Shown here: positions 18,839 through 28,777 of the stretch, piece after piece
Numbering within the stretch: the stretch's first letter is position 1
How the letters are laid out: each line of letters begins with the position of its first letter
Position numbers and translations under genes: made by a program
The notes under the pieces: generated by a model
What the model saw: the letters and a program-made list of their open reading frames with translations, nothing else
Databases searched by the model: none
What the model was told of the DNA's origin: nothing
NCBI GenBank assembly: GCA_013166775.1
Contig: JABLTJ010000001.1
Coordinates: forward strand, 32,001 to 96,000
Source of the DNA: Promethearchaeati archaeon
GTDB lineage: Archaea > Asgardarchaeota > Heimdallarchaeia > Heimdallarchaeales > Heimdallarchaeaceae
Reading direction: 5' to 3'
Length of the DNA stretch: 64,000 nt

Positions 18839-19255
18839 ATGTCTCCACCCGAAAATGATGAATATATTGAAGCAGGTGCTGATCTTTTGCTGAAAGGTTG
18901 GATGATGCTTAATAAGGCATGCCCAACTTGCTTTCAACCATTATACGAAAGACAAGGAGAAGCAGTTTGTGTAAAATGTAAGAAGGATTACATTCTAGTA
19001 GATTCAATCTCTCAAATACCACCAGCTCAGAGTAAACAAGTCAAGAGAGAAGCTTCATCTACACTTCCTAATTTGATCAAATCTTTTGACTTTTCAAACC
19101 TCCCACTTGAATTAAAAGATACTGCAAAGACAATAATTGAAAAAATTAATGCCCTTAATAATCAACTCAAAGAGTCTACAGATCTTAAAGAAATAACTGA
19201 GCTTTCAAGTGCAATTAATTCATTGGTTGATTCACTTCGCTCTCTTACTTCTTAG
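18839..19255 (+). CDS. UPF0148/autoantigen p27 Zn-finger protein
   Basis: GADLLLKGWMML..CPTC..PLY..CVKC. Confidence 0.85.
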   Translation: MSPPENDEYIEAGADLLLKGWMMLNKACPTCFQPLYERQGEAVCVKCKKDYILVDSISQIPPAQSKQVKREASSTLPNLIKSFDFSNLPLELKDTAKTIIEKINALNNQLKESTDLKEITELSSAINSLVDSLRSLTS

Positions 19256-21686
19256 TCTTTCTTTCTTTTTGTTCTCCTTTTAGAAAATCTAATTCTTCCT
19301 TCATCCCTTTTATTTCCTCCCCTTTCTCAATTTCATTATAATTTGAATAAACATAATCAATTATATCTGAAGCAATTTTCTCTCCTATACCTTTGATTTC
19401 AAAGAAATCTTCCAATTTTGCTGTAATTATTTCTCTAACAGACCCAAAATGCTTTAGCAAGCGATTTGCAATTTTCTGATCAACATGAGGTAGAGAAGCT
19501 ATAGTTTCTTCTAGTTGAATCTTCAACCCTAAACCTTTTCTCTTACCTATTGAAACTCTCCTTTTTCTCTCTTCTTGTTCTCTCTTGGCTAATGCGAATA
19601 ATATTTCGGCGGTCTCTTTTTGATTTTTGGTGTATATTATTGGAATCCTGAAATCAGTTGCTAATGAGGTTATGGCTCCAGCTAAGGCACGAGGATGAAG
19701 AGAAGAACCATATAAACTGAATTCTCCTTCTAAAAGAATTATAGGCTTAGCACAGTTTTCAACAAGTATTTTTGTTTGAGTAAATAGTCTTTTATCCAAA
19801 ATAGATTTGACGAAATCCTCTCCTGTTTTTCTTTCAACAACAACTTGATCTGAACAAATATAATCACCCATTTCCAATCTTTCAAAACCTAACTCAACTT
19901 CTTTGTTAATCAGCTCTTTGATAACAAGTGTATTTCTTTCTCTGCTATCGCATATGATTTTAATTCCATCTTTTCCTTCTTCGATTTCTTTACTTTCTTC
20001 TGTTTCAACTGCCAAACCATCTTCAATTTCTTCAGATTCTTCATCTAATTTAGTTTCGCTTTTTGCTTCTTCTAGATACTCCATAATACCTTTTTGTTTT
20101 TCTTTTTTAGTTGGACTTTTTTGTTTGTCTGTAGCATTCATCTCTCTTATGATTCTTTTCATTTTTTGAGCTTGCTTCTTAGATGCCCACATATAAGCTT
20201 CATCTCTGGTTCCTTCAGCTATTAGCATAATTACTTTACCCTTCTTTCTTCTGCCAGTTCGCCCTTTTCTTTGTATTAATCTAATAGCATTTGGGACTGC
20301 ATCATAAAAAACGACTAATTCACATTCACCTATGTCTAGACCTTCTTCTGCAACGCTTGTAGAAACAAGAACATTATAAGAACCGTCGCGAAAAGCTTGC
20401 ATAATCTCTATTTGCTCCTTTTGCGATAGTCCCTTATCCCCTCTTCCTGATGATTGCCCCACAAACCAATGAGCGTTAACGTTTTCTATTGCATTAAGTT
20501 CGTCGCTTATCATCTTAGCTGTTACTCTAAAGTGAGAAAAGACTAAGATTCTATTTTCAGGATTTCTTTTAACTTCTTTCTCTATTATATCCTTCAAGCG
20601 TTCTAGTTTAGGGTGTATTTCCTTTTTATCTTGCAAGGTTTCAACAGCTTCTATGACTGTTTTCATTTCATCTGAGAACATTAGTTCCTTTAATGCTCTA
20701 CTACCCTTTCCGAATTTAATATCATTTATTTGCCCTTCTAGATACTTACTCAAAGAAGGTATTCCCTGAGTTTCTATCAACTCAATAGCGTGAGATAAGC
20801 GTATCGAGTTCCCTACATAAGACATTGCTCTGAAAAAATCTGTTCGATTTTCTTCATGTTTGTCTGAAAATTTTTCATTAACTTTAGCTCTTAATGTTAA
20901 CAATACTCTCCTCGGATTATTTCTAGGAAGGGCGGATTGAATTATTTTTAGCTCTTTTAATCCTTCTAGCATTATCTTAAATAATTCATTTAATATATCT
21001 ATAATTGTACTGAATTCTTTGGGTAAAGGTATTATCTCCCAATTCTCTTCTATATCATGTATATACAATTTAACATCATCAGAGCTTTCATCTCTCATCT
21101 CAACATTTGAGATATTGAGATTCTGCTGAACTTCTTCTATCCTCTCGGGATTTGCACCAGGACTGGCAGTGATTCCTAACAATAGGGGGTTCTTGGTCTT
21201 TTTATAATACTGTTCTGCAATGAAAACGTAGCTATGGTCTCCAACTGCTTTATGTGCTTCATCAAAGCAAAGAAAAACAACATCCTCAAGTTTTACTCTC
21301 CTTTGAATAATATCATTTTGAATTGTTTGTGGAGTACAAATAAAAACCTGACCTGTTTCCCAAATCTCCCTTCTTTTTTTTGGTTCAATTTGACCTGATA
21401 TTTGTATTATTTTGTCTGTATCAATGTTTAATGATTCTCTTGTAGTATACTCGTGCTGGTCAAGTAATGGTTTTGTAGGAGCGCAAAAAACTATCTTTCC
21501 TTCAGGAAATTTCTCCAAACGATGAGCTGCAATCATTAGAAAAAGTATTGTTTTACCTAATCCCGTTGGAAGAATTACTAAAGAATTCTTCTTAATGCAC
21601 GAAGCAAATAGTGTTTGCTGATATAGTCTTGCTTCTACCTTGTCAGGCTTGATTAGTGGGTGATTGATATACTCAGTTTGCACCAT
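19245..21686 (-). CDS. hef: Hef helicase/nuclease (FANCM-like SF2 helicase + ERCC4 + HhH)
   Basis: PTGLGKT, DEAH, QRKGRTGR; CDSRE, GDY, ERKTGEDF; IKGIG. Confidence 0.95.
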   Translation of the reverse strand: MVQTEYINHPLIKPDKVEARLYQQTLFASCIKKNSLVILPTGLGKTILFLMIAAHRLEKFPEGKIVFCAPTKPLLDQHEYTTRESLNIDTDKIIQISGQIEPKKRREIWETGQVFICTPQTIQNDIIQRRVKLEDVVFLCFDEAHKAVGDHSYVFIAEQYYKKTKNPLLLGITASPGANPERIEEVQQNLNISNVEMRDESSDDVKLYIHDIEENWEIIPLPKEFSTIIDILNELFKIMLEGLKELKIIQSALPRNNPRRVLLTLRAKVNEKFSDKHEENRTDFFRAMSYVGNSIRLSHAIELIETQGIPSLSKYLEGQINDIKFGKGSRALKELMFSDEMKTVIEAVETLQDKKEIHPKLERLKDIIEKEVKRNPENRILVFSHFRVTAKMISDELNAIENVNAHWFVGQSSGRGDKGLSQKEQIEIMQAFRDGSYNVLVSTSVAEEGLDIGECELVVFYDAVPNAIRLIQRKGRTGRRKKGKVIMLIAEGTRDEAYMWASKKQAQKMKRIIREMNATDKQKSPTKKEKQKGIMEYLEEAKSETKLDEESEEIEDGLAVETEESKEIEEGKDGIKIICDSRERNTLVIKELINKEVELGFERLEMGDYICSDQVVVERKTGEDFVKSILDKRLFTQTKILVENCAKPIILLEGEFSLYGSSLHPRALAGAITSLATDFRIPIIYTKNQKETAEILFALAKREQEERKRRVSIGKRKGLGLKIQLEETIASLPHVDQKIANRLLKHFGSVREIITAKLEDFFEIKGIGEKIASDIIDYVYSNYNEIEKGEEIKGMKEELDFLKGEQKERKTKK

Positions 21687-21837
21687 ATGATACCACAATT
21701 GCAATTTGCATACAATGTTTGACTTTTTACTATATAAGAACTGTTGATATAGATTCCATGCCAAACAATGAGTTCCTAGGAATATTGAATGCGTAAATCT
21801 TATATGTCACTTTCATCAGAAACAATTGTGATTTAAA

Positions 21838-23355
21838 TTGAGTTCTTCCGACGCACTATCAAATAATGGTGACTCGTCACTTCCTACAGTTAAAGTAGGT
21901 ATTTTAGTTAGTGCCATCGGAATTGGAATTTTCATGTCTACGCTTGATGCTACGATTGTTGTGATTATTTTAGAGAAAATAAAAAGTTTTTATGAAGTTA
22001 CTTCAAATAGAGTTCAGTGGGTAATATTAGCATATCTTCTTGTAATGATGGCTTTCACTGTAATTGCTGGAGATTTAGGAGATAAATTCAGCAATAAACT
22101 TATTTTTCAAATTGGCATGGCTGTATTCGCGTTAGGATCTATGTTCTGTTTTTTGGCAAGTCGACCTGGTCTAATTCTAAGTAATTCTTTTTGGTGGTTA
22201 GTTCTTGGTCGTGCAATTCAAGCATTTGGAGCAACTGGAATGGTTGCTAATGGAATGGCTCTTATTACGTGTTTCACAACAAAAAAGAATCGAGGAACCG
22301 CAGTTGGTATAAACAATCTATTAATCTCTATTTCCGTTGTTATAGGTCCCGTTTTGGGTGCTGTGATTAGTGATTCAATTTTGAATTGGGGAGGTGTTTT
22401 TATAATTAATGTACCTCTTGGCATTATAGGATTTATATGGGTCCAATTTGCAATTCCTGCAACTCCTCCATGCGCTGGAGAACAAAAAACTGATTATGTT
22501 GGTTCTATTCTTCTTTCCCTATTCCTTACAACTCTTATACTCAGTTTTACTATATTTGTAGACATAGATATTGAAAGCGCAAAATTGTGGGCAGGAATCA
22601 GTTTATTATGCAGCATAATCATATTTCCATTGTTTATCTTTTGGGAAAAGAGAGTAGAGAATCCTATTGTCGACTTAGGGATGTTGAAAAATAAGAAAAT
22701 ATCTATTGGTCTATTTACAGCTATTATGAAACACCAGGGTTATATTGTTATTATTTATCATATTAATCTCTATTTACAAGAAATGGGAATAGTAGAGAAT
22801 ATTCTGCAGGTGGGGCTTATAATTGCGGGATTACCTGTTGGGATGGCATTAATGGCTGCATTCGCAGGTAAATTATCAAATACTATCGATGCTCGTATCT
22901 TATGTACGGTGGCAGCAGCTGGAGTTGCAGTATTATTATTATTGTTAGCTATATTCTTAGACATTCAAACTCCAATCTGGTTTTATGTTTTTACTGCCTT
23001 TACAATTGGTTTAAGCATTGGTTTGTTCATGTCACCAAATGCCAATTCAATAATGTCTGCTGCTCCTAAAGAGAAATTGGGAGTTGCTAGCAGTTTGCAC
23101 GGATTAACTACAAGCATCGGTATAAATTTAGGTATAGCTCTTTCTACTCTAGTATTCACATTATCAGGTAACATTCTTTCGAAATCCAATGGTCAACCTG
23201 CTGAAAATCCAATTAACTATGTACCTGCAATGCAATGGATGTTTGGTGTGTTTGCTATAATACTAGCTATAACTGCAGTAATTTCCTACTTTAGAGGAAA
23301 AGAAGATAGAACAGTTAGTCAACCAACACTAGAACCTGAATTAAAAACAATTTAA
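21838..23355 (+). CDS. MFS transporter, DHA2 family
   Basis: LDATIV, GDLGDKF, GRAIQAFG; about 14 TM segments. Confidence 0.9.
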   Translation: MSSSDALSNNGDSSLPTVKVGILVSAIGIGIFMSTLDATIVVIILEKIKSFYEVTSNRVQWVILAYLLVMMAFTVIAGDLGDKFSNKLIFQIGMAVFALGSMFCFLASRPGLILSNSFWWLVLGRAIQAFGATGMVANGMALITCFTTKKNRGTAVGINNLLISISVVIGPVLGAVISDSILNWGGVFIINVPLGIIGFIWVQFAIPATPPCAGEQKTDYVGSILLSLFLTTLILSFTIFVDIDIESAKLWAGISLLCSIIIFPLFIFWEKRVENPIVDLGMLKNKKISIGLFTAIMKHQGYIVIIYHINLYLQEMGIVENILQVGLIIAGLPVGMALMAAFAGKLSNTIDARILCTVAAAGVAVLLLLLAIFLDIQTPIWFYVFTAFTIGLSIGLFMSPNANSIMSAAPKEKLGVASSLHGLTTSIGINLGIALSTLVFTLSGNILSKSNGQPAENPINYVPAMQWMFGVFAIILAITAVISYFRGKEDRTVSQPTLEPELKTI

Positions 23356-23487
23356 TTATTCAAGTTAAGAAAAGTTGTCGATTTTTTAATAAAGCTATTT
23401 CATTAGTTGTTAATATAACAAGAAAGAAATTTATTGAGTGTGTTATCACTCAATTTTTAAAGCAAAGACAAAAGAAAGATAGTGTAG

Positions 23488-25965
23488 GTGACAGCGTTGA
23501 ATGAATTTATTCCCCAACTGAAAGAAAGAACCTATAACCCAAAAATTCAGGATATTGAGTTATTCAAAAAATGGCAAAAAGAGAGGTTGTTTGCTTTCAA
23601 CAAAAATTCTGGTAAAGAAATTTATTCTATAGACACTCCTCCACCTTATGCAAATGCTCCTTGGCATATGGGAGGTGCGGTCCATTATAGCGGTATTGAT
23701 ATGATTGCTAGATATATGAGAATGAGAGGACATGAAGTTTTGTTTCCCATGTGCTTAGATAGAAATGGACTGCCTATTGAGGTTCAAGCAGAAAAAGAAT
23801 TCAAAATATCAATGCACGAAGTACCTAGAGAAGATTTTCTTAAAATGTGTAAAGACATTCTAGATCGTGTGGGAGATCAAATCTTACATGTTTGTCGAAT
23901 ACTTGGTTTCAGTAATAATTCATTCGAATGGGAAGAAGTGTATAAAACAGATCACGAACAATACAGAGCACTAACTCAATCAACGTTTATTCAGCTTTAC
24001 AAAAAAAATCTTATTTATGAAGATAATAGACCTAACAATTATTGCACTAGGTGTAAAACGACAATAGCAGATAATGAAATCGATCATAAATCGGGCTCTC
24101 ATCTTCTTTATGATGTAAAATTCAAGGTAAAGGAGACAGGGGAAGAACTAATCATTTCTACTTCTCGTCCAGAGTTGATTCCTGCAATTGGAGTTGTGAT
24201 TTTTAATCCTAAAGATGAAAGATATGCACATTTGGATAGTAAAACGGCTATATCTCCATTGTTTCAAGATGAAGTTCCAATAATGACTCATCATTATGCA
24301 AAAATGGATTATGGGACTGGAATAATGATGGTTTGTGCATATGGTGATTCAGGTGATGTACAGATACTAAGAGAACTGCAATTGAATCCCAGAACAATAA
24401 TCAATATGGATGGGAAAATTACTGGTGCTGTCTCACAATATGAGGGATTAAAAGTAAAGGAAGCTAAAAAGCAAATTGCAAGAGACTTAGAGAGTCAAGG
24501 ATTTATTGAAGATAAGAAGGATGTGCCTCACAACTTTCCTATTTGTTCTCGATGTTCTAATGAAGTAGAATTTCTTGCAATGCCCGAATATTACTTAAAA
24601 CAAGTGGAATTTGTTCCAAAACTGAAAGAGTATTCGGACATTATGACTTTTTTCCCTACTTACATGAAGCAAGTATGGGTAGACTGGTTAAATTCCATAA
24701 CCATTGATTGGCCAATTAGTAGGCGTCGTTATTATGGTACTGAAGTTCCAATATGGTATTGTAAAAAATGTAATCATCCATGTTTACCAGAGTCTGGATC
24801 ATATTATCAACCTTGGAAGGATGATCCTCCTTTTGAAAGTTGTGAGAAATGTGGTACTTCAGAAGGATTTGAAGGAGATACTAGAACCTTTGATACTTGG
24901 ATGGATTCATCCATTAGTGAAATTTATATTACATCGCACCCCCATAATAAAAGAGATGATGATTTATTTGAACAATTGAATAACAGATCTTACATTTGCG
25001 ATATGAGGCCACAAGGTAAAGATATAGTACGAACTTGGTTACACTATACTATGTTGAGAGGATTTCAGCTTTACAATAAACCAGCATTTAATCATGCATG
25101 GATTTCAGGACATGTTGTAGATAGTAAAGGGGAAAAATTTTCTAAAAGCAAAGGAACAGCTGTTATGCCTGAAGAAATGATTGAAAAGTACGGTGGGGAT
25201 GCAGTTCGATTTTATGGCGCTTCAGAAGCAAGTCATGGCTCTGATATTCGTTTTAATGAGCAAAGGTTACAAGGAGTTTCAAAATTTATCAATAAGATAT
25301 TCAATATTGCGAAGTTTGTTAGCAGATTTCCAATTATCGAAGATGAATCAGAGATCGATTTACAACTTGCTGATGAATGGATTCTATCAGAACTTGCATA
25401 TGTGATTCAAGAATCGATGAAAGGTTATGATATATACGATTTCCAGATACCTAGTAAGATTTTGCGAAACTTTGCCTGGGAGACCTTCGCATCTCATTAT
25501 GTTGAGTTGGTTAAGGGAAGAGCATATAATAGAGATAACGCTTTTACAGACAAACAACAGAAAGCTGCTTGGTTCTCTCTGCATAAAGTAATAAGAGAAT
25601 TGACAAAAGCTTATGCTCCAATTATTCCATTTGTTACAGATTTAATTTATAGAGATTTATATGGTCGAACTGTTCATTTGGAATCTTTTCCAAAACCTAC
25701 GGAGATAATCGGTCAAGAAAAATACCGGGAGTTAACATCACAGATTCTGGAAATTAATTCTGCAATTTGGAAATTTAAGAAGAGCAAAAAAGTAGCTCTT
25801 TCCGCATCAATAAAACGAGCAATAATCCCCGCAAGTCTAACTCCTCTCTCAAAGGATTTAGTTTCCATGCATAAAATAGAGCAAATCGCGAACAAGAAGG
25901 ATGAGATGGAAACAATGGAAAGTATAGTTTTAACTGATGGTGTGAATATTTTCCTAGACCTGTAA
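23488..25965 (+). CDS. valS: valyl-tRNA synthetase
   Basis: IDTPPPY, HMGG, DWPISRRRYYG, DTWMDSS, RPQGKDI, KFSKSKG. Confidence 0.95.
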   Translation: MTALNEFIPQLKERTYNPKIQDIELFKKWQKERLFAFNKNSGKEIYSIDTPPPYANAPWHMGGAVHYSGIDMIARYMRMRGHEVLFPMCLDRNGLPIEVQAEKEFKISMHEVPREDFLKMCKDILDRVGDQILHVCRILGFSNNSFEWEEVYKTDHEQYRALTQSTFIQLYKKNLIYEDNRPNNYCTRCKTTIADNEIDHKSGSHLLYDVKFKVKETGEELIISTSRPELIPAIGVVIFNPKDERYAHLDSKTAISPLFQDEVPIMTHHYAKMDYGTGIMMVCAYGDSGDVQILRELQLNPRTIINMDGKITGAVSQYEGLKVKEAKKQIARDLESQGFIEDKKDVPHNFPICSRCSNEVEFLAMPEYYLKQVEFVPKLKEYSDIMTFFPTYMKQVWVDWLNSITIDWPISRRRYYGTEVPIWYCKKCNHPCLPESGSYYQPWKDDPPFESCEKCGTSEGFEGDTRTFDTWMDSSISEIYITSHPHNKRDDDLFEQLNNRSYICDMRPQGKDIVRTWLHYTMLRGFQLYNKPAFNHAWISGHVVDSKGEKFSKSKGTAVMPEEMIEKYGGDAVRFYGASEASHGSDIRFNEQRLQGVSKFINKIFNIAKFVSRFPIIEDESEIDLQLADEWILSELAYVIQESMKGYDIYDFQIPSKILRNFAWETFASHYVELVKGRAYNRDNAFTDKQQKAAWFSLHKVIRELTKAYAPIIPFVTDLIYRDLYGRTVHLESFPKPTEIIGQEKYRELTSQILEINSAIWKFKKSKKVALSASIKRAIIPASLTPLSKDLVSMHKIEQIANKKDEMETMESIVLTDGVNIFLDL

Positions 25966-26183
25966 CACTTATCCAATCGATTTTTCTGCTTTATTTAATC
26001 ATGATTTTCTTTTTTTCTCTTTCACACATTAGCTCAATAAAGAAAACCATTTTAAATGAAGAATTTGACGAAGAGTTTACTGGGCGTATTAAGATAACAA
26101 ATTGTAAGCGTTAATAAACCTTAAAAATTGTGCTCTTACCCGCTAATGTAGTCAATAAAACAAAGAATATAGGAGAATTAAGA

Positions 26184-26648
26184 TTGCCAACCTATAGATA
26201 TTCAGTTCAAACCGATCCAGATAGATCAGCAAAAGCTTCTGCTAGAGACATAGGAATTAGTAGAAAAGCTTCAAGAGAAATATGTAGAGCAATAAAGGGT
26301 ATGACTATCCATCAATCCATAGAATTCCTTGAAGCAGTAATAGAAAAGAAGGTTGCTGTACCATACAGGCGTTTTAAAAGAAATGTAGGTCACAAAAGTA
26401 ATGTGGTTGGGTGGACTGGTGGGCGATATCCAGAGAAAGCAGCAAAAGAAATTTTGAAAGTTGTAAGGAATCTTGAGAACAATGCAGAGAATAATCAATT
26501 GCAACTCGATAAGTGTAGAATTGTTCATGCATCAACTCTTCAAGGTACTAAACAGAAAGCAATTTTCTATAGAGCACAAGGAAGATCTTCTCCTAAAGTT
26601 AGAGAGTTTGTACATATTGAATTAATTGCTGAAGTAGCAGAAAGCTAA
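26184..26648 (+). CDS. rpl22: 50S ribosomal protein uL22
   Basis: EICRAIKG, VPYRRF, GRYPEKAA; TTG start after AGGAG. Confidence 0.95.
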   Translation: MPTYRYSVQTDPDRSAKASARDIGISRKASREICRAIKGMTIHQSIEFLEAVIEKKVAVPYRRFKRNVGHKSNVVGWTGGRYPEKAAKEILKVVRNLENNAENNQLQLDKCRIVHASTLQGTKQKAIFYRAQGRSSPKVREFVHIELIAEVAES

Positions 26649-26658
26649 GGTGTAATGT

Positions 26659-27672
26659 ATGCCAACAACTAAAGATTATCTATTAAAAAAATATCAAAGA
26701 AATGCTATTGATGAATATTTAGCAAAGGAGTTAAGAAATGCTGAATATGGGGGAGTTGAGTTAAGAAGAACCCCTCTTGGGGATAGAGTTATTTTAAAAG
26801 TAGGGAGAGTAGGATTAGCAATTGGGGGGAGAGGAAGAAATATACACAGAATAACTGAAAGACTTAGAGAAGATTATGGTCTTGATAATCCACAAATTGA
26901 AGTTACTGAAGTTGATAATCCAGAGTTAGATTCAAGAATTATGGCATACCGTTTAGCTTCCTCACTAGAAAGAGGAAGACATTTCAGAAGAAGTGCACAT
27001 GGTATCATAAGGAGAATTCTTTCTTCTGGAGCTAAGGGAGTAGAAATTAAAATTAGTGGTAAAATAACAAGTCAAAGGGCAAGAGTAGAAACATTCAGAG
27101 CTGGATTTGTTGCAAAAGCCGGTGATCCCGCTGATCGATTTGTTGATGTTGGAAAAGCTCAAGCGCTAATTAGAAGAGGACTAATTGGGGTTCAAGTTCA
27201 TATAATGCAAGGAGAAGCATTGCTTCCTGATGATATAGAAATAACTGCTGAACCTACTTCAACATCAATGATTGTGGTTACTGAAGGTGAAGAACCAGAA
27301 ATAATTGAAGAAATTAGTGAAGAAGCTATTGAAGATGTTTTTGAAGAACTTGAAGAGTACCCAGAGATTGAAGCAGAAATTAAGGCAACCAAAAAAACAA
27401 AGAAATCCAAAGATGAATTTGCAGAGCTCGATGAAGTAGATAAAGTATCCAAGCCAAAGAAGGCACCTAAGAAGGAAGAAGTATCCAAGCCAAAGAAGGC
27501 ACCCAAGAAGGAAGAAGAAGCTAAGCCAAAGAAGGCACCTAAGAAGGAAGAAGAAGCTAAGCCAAAGAAGGCACCTAAGAAGGAAGAAGAAGCTAAGCCA
27601 AAGAAGGCACCTAAGAAGGAAGAAGAAGCTAAGCCAAAGAAGGTAACTAAGAAAAAGGAAAAAGAAGAATAA
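26659..27672 (+). CDS. rps3: 30S ribosomal protein uS3 with long acidic plus KPKKAPKKEEEA-repeat tail
   Basis: KH domain IGGRGRNI, GAKGVEIKISGK, LPDDI. Confidence 0.96.
   Translation: MPTTKDYLLKKYQRNAIDEYLAKELRNAEYGGVELRRTPLGDRVILKVGRVGLAIGGRGRNIHRITERLREDYGLDNPQIEVTEVDNPELDSRIMAYRLASSLERGRHFRRSAHGIIRRILSSGAKGVEIKISGKITSQRARVETFRAGFVAKAGDPADRFVDVGKAQALIRRGLIGVQVHIMQGEALLPDDIEITAEPTSTSMIVVTEGEEPEIIEEISEEAIEDVFEELEEYPEIEAEIKATKKTKKSKDEFAELDEVDKVSKPKKAPKKEEVSKPKKAPKKEEEAKPKKAPKKEEEAKPKKAPKKEEEAKPKKAPKKEEEAKPKKVTKKKEKEE
27445..27660 (+). repeat. 36-nt in-frame tandem repeat, 5 full copies plus a partial copy
   Basis: aagccaaagaaggcacctaagaaggaagaagaagct (first copy ends gtatcc) at 27451, 27487, 27523, 27559, 27595 and partial at 27631. 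Confidence 0.97.
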
Positions 27673-27683
27673 AGGTGATATGG

Positions 27684-27887
27684 ATGGCACTTATTCGAAC
27701 AAGCGAAATCAGAAAAATGACTAAAGAGCAAAGAATAAAAAAATTAGATGAATATAAAAAGAAATTATTCACAGTTCGTTCAGAATTGTCTTCTGGAGGA
27801 TCAATTGAAAATCCAGGTCAAATTAATGATTATAAAACAGCAATAGCTCGTATTTTAACAATAATGACTGAATTAGATGAAATTTAG
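27684..27887 (+). CDS. rpl29: 50S ribosomal protein uL29
   Basis: EIRKMT, ENPGQI..KTAIARILT. Confidence 0.93.
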   Translation: MALIRTSEIRKMTKEQRIKKLDEYKKKLFTVRSELSSGGSIENPGQINDYKTAIARILTIMTELDEI

Positions 27888-28196
27888 ATGAATCTTAAAA
27901 CTAGAAAAAAAGATAGGTTATCTGAAGTTTGGTCTAAACTAGCTGCTACATTATGTGGCTTGAAGCTTATCATAAAAGAAAGTTCATCTAAAGAACTGGA
28001 GGGAATTAAGGGATTAGTTTTAGAAGAAACAGCTCAAATGATAAAATTGAAAACAGAGGAAAAAACAATCTGGATTCCAAAGAAGAACCAGTTTTTTGAA
28101 ATAGAACTGAAAAATGGTTTAAAATATCTAGTGGACGGTAAGATTTTGCTTGGAAAGCCTGAAGCAAGAATTAAAAGAAAAATCCCAAATTGGTAA
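27888..28196 (+). CDS. rnp1: RNase P protein Rpp29/Pop4
   Basis: GIKGLVLEET, IPKK, GKPEARIK; canonical position. Confidence 0.88.
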   Translation: MNLKTRKKDRLSEVWSKLAATLCGLKLIIKESSSKELEGIKGLVLEETAQMIKLKTEEKTIWIPKKNQFFEIELKNGLKYLVDGKILLGKPEARIKRKIPNW

Positions 28197-28323
28197 TAAG
28201 AAGCAATTTTACGTATTTTATTCCACTAAAGAGATTTTTCTTAACAATGAAAAGGATTAAAAAGATAAGAGAGGGGAAATGATAGTCAAAAATAAATTCT
28301 ATTAGAATATAAATAGGATTTGA

Positions 28324-28420
28324 GGTATTTGACGTCTTACTCCAAGAAAATTGGAGCCGAGATTGTTAGCTCTTTACTTTTGAATAATAAAGAGCGAACA
28401 TGGGTATAAGACGCTGTACC
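28324..28420 (+). ncRNA. candidate structured cis-regulatory leader of uS17 (three-way junction)
   Basis: Nested complementary stems GGTA/TACC, CGTCTTA/TAAGACG, CTCCAA/TTGGAG, TGTT/AACA, GCTCTTTA/TAAAGAGC, abutting the GAGGTGG SD. Confidence 0.6.
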
Positions 28421-28435
28421 GAGGTGGAAAAAAGA

Positions 28436-28768
28436 ATGTCTAAAGTAAAAAATATAGGACTTCCAGGTGTAGAACCACCTGCAACAGAATGCGAAGATCC
28501 TCGTTGTCCTTTTCATGGTAAACTTCCTGTAAGAGGAAGGGTTTTCCAAGGTAAAGTGATATCAGATAAAATGAGGAGAACTGTAGTTATCCGACGAGAT
28601 TTCTTGAAATACGTAAAGAAGTATAGAAGATACGAAAGAGCTCACGGGAAGATTTCTGCTCATAATCCACCATGTCTCAATGTAAAAGAAGGAGATGTGG
28701 TCTTAGCTGCAGAATGTCGTCCATTAGCAAAAACAGTCAGTTTCGTAGTCGTTCAAAAGTTGAAATAA
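28436..28768 (+). CDS. rps17: 30S ribosomal protein uS17
   Basis: CEDPRCPFHG, KYRRYE, ECRPLAKT. Confidence 0.96.
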   Translation: MSKVKNIGLPGVEPPATECEDPRCPFHGKLPVRGRVFQGKVISDKMRRTVVIRRDFLKYVKKYRRYERAHGKISAHNPPCLNVKEGDVVLAAECRPLAKTVSFVVVQKLK

Positions 28769-28777
28769 GGTGGTATT

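Noticed and set aside
23433-23454. Inverted repeat ATTGAGTG-tgttat-CACTCAAT upstream of valS
   Set aside because: A single small palindrome; cannot tell operator from hairpin or chance
23488-25965. ValRS HMGG/KFSKS signature variants
   Set aside because: Within plausible variation of class I motifs; the gene is otherwise intact
27445-27660. Possible CRISPR array (36-nt repeats)
   Set aside because: No spacers, in-frame coding, no cas genes
27198-27731. Antisense ORFs (177 aa, 141 aa) with hydrophobic repeats
   Set aside because: Shadows of the stop-free 36-nt repeat in rps3
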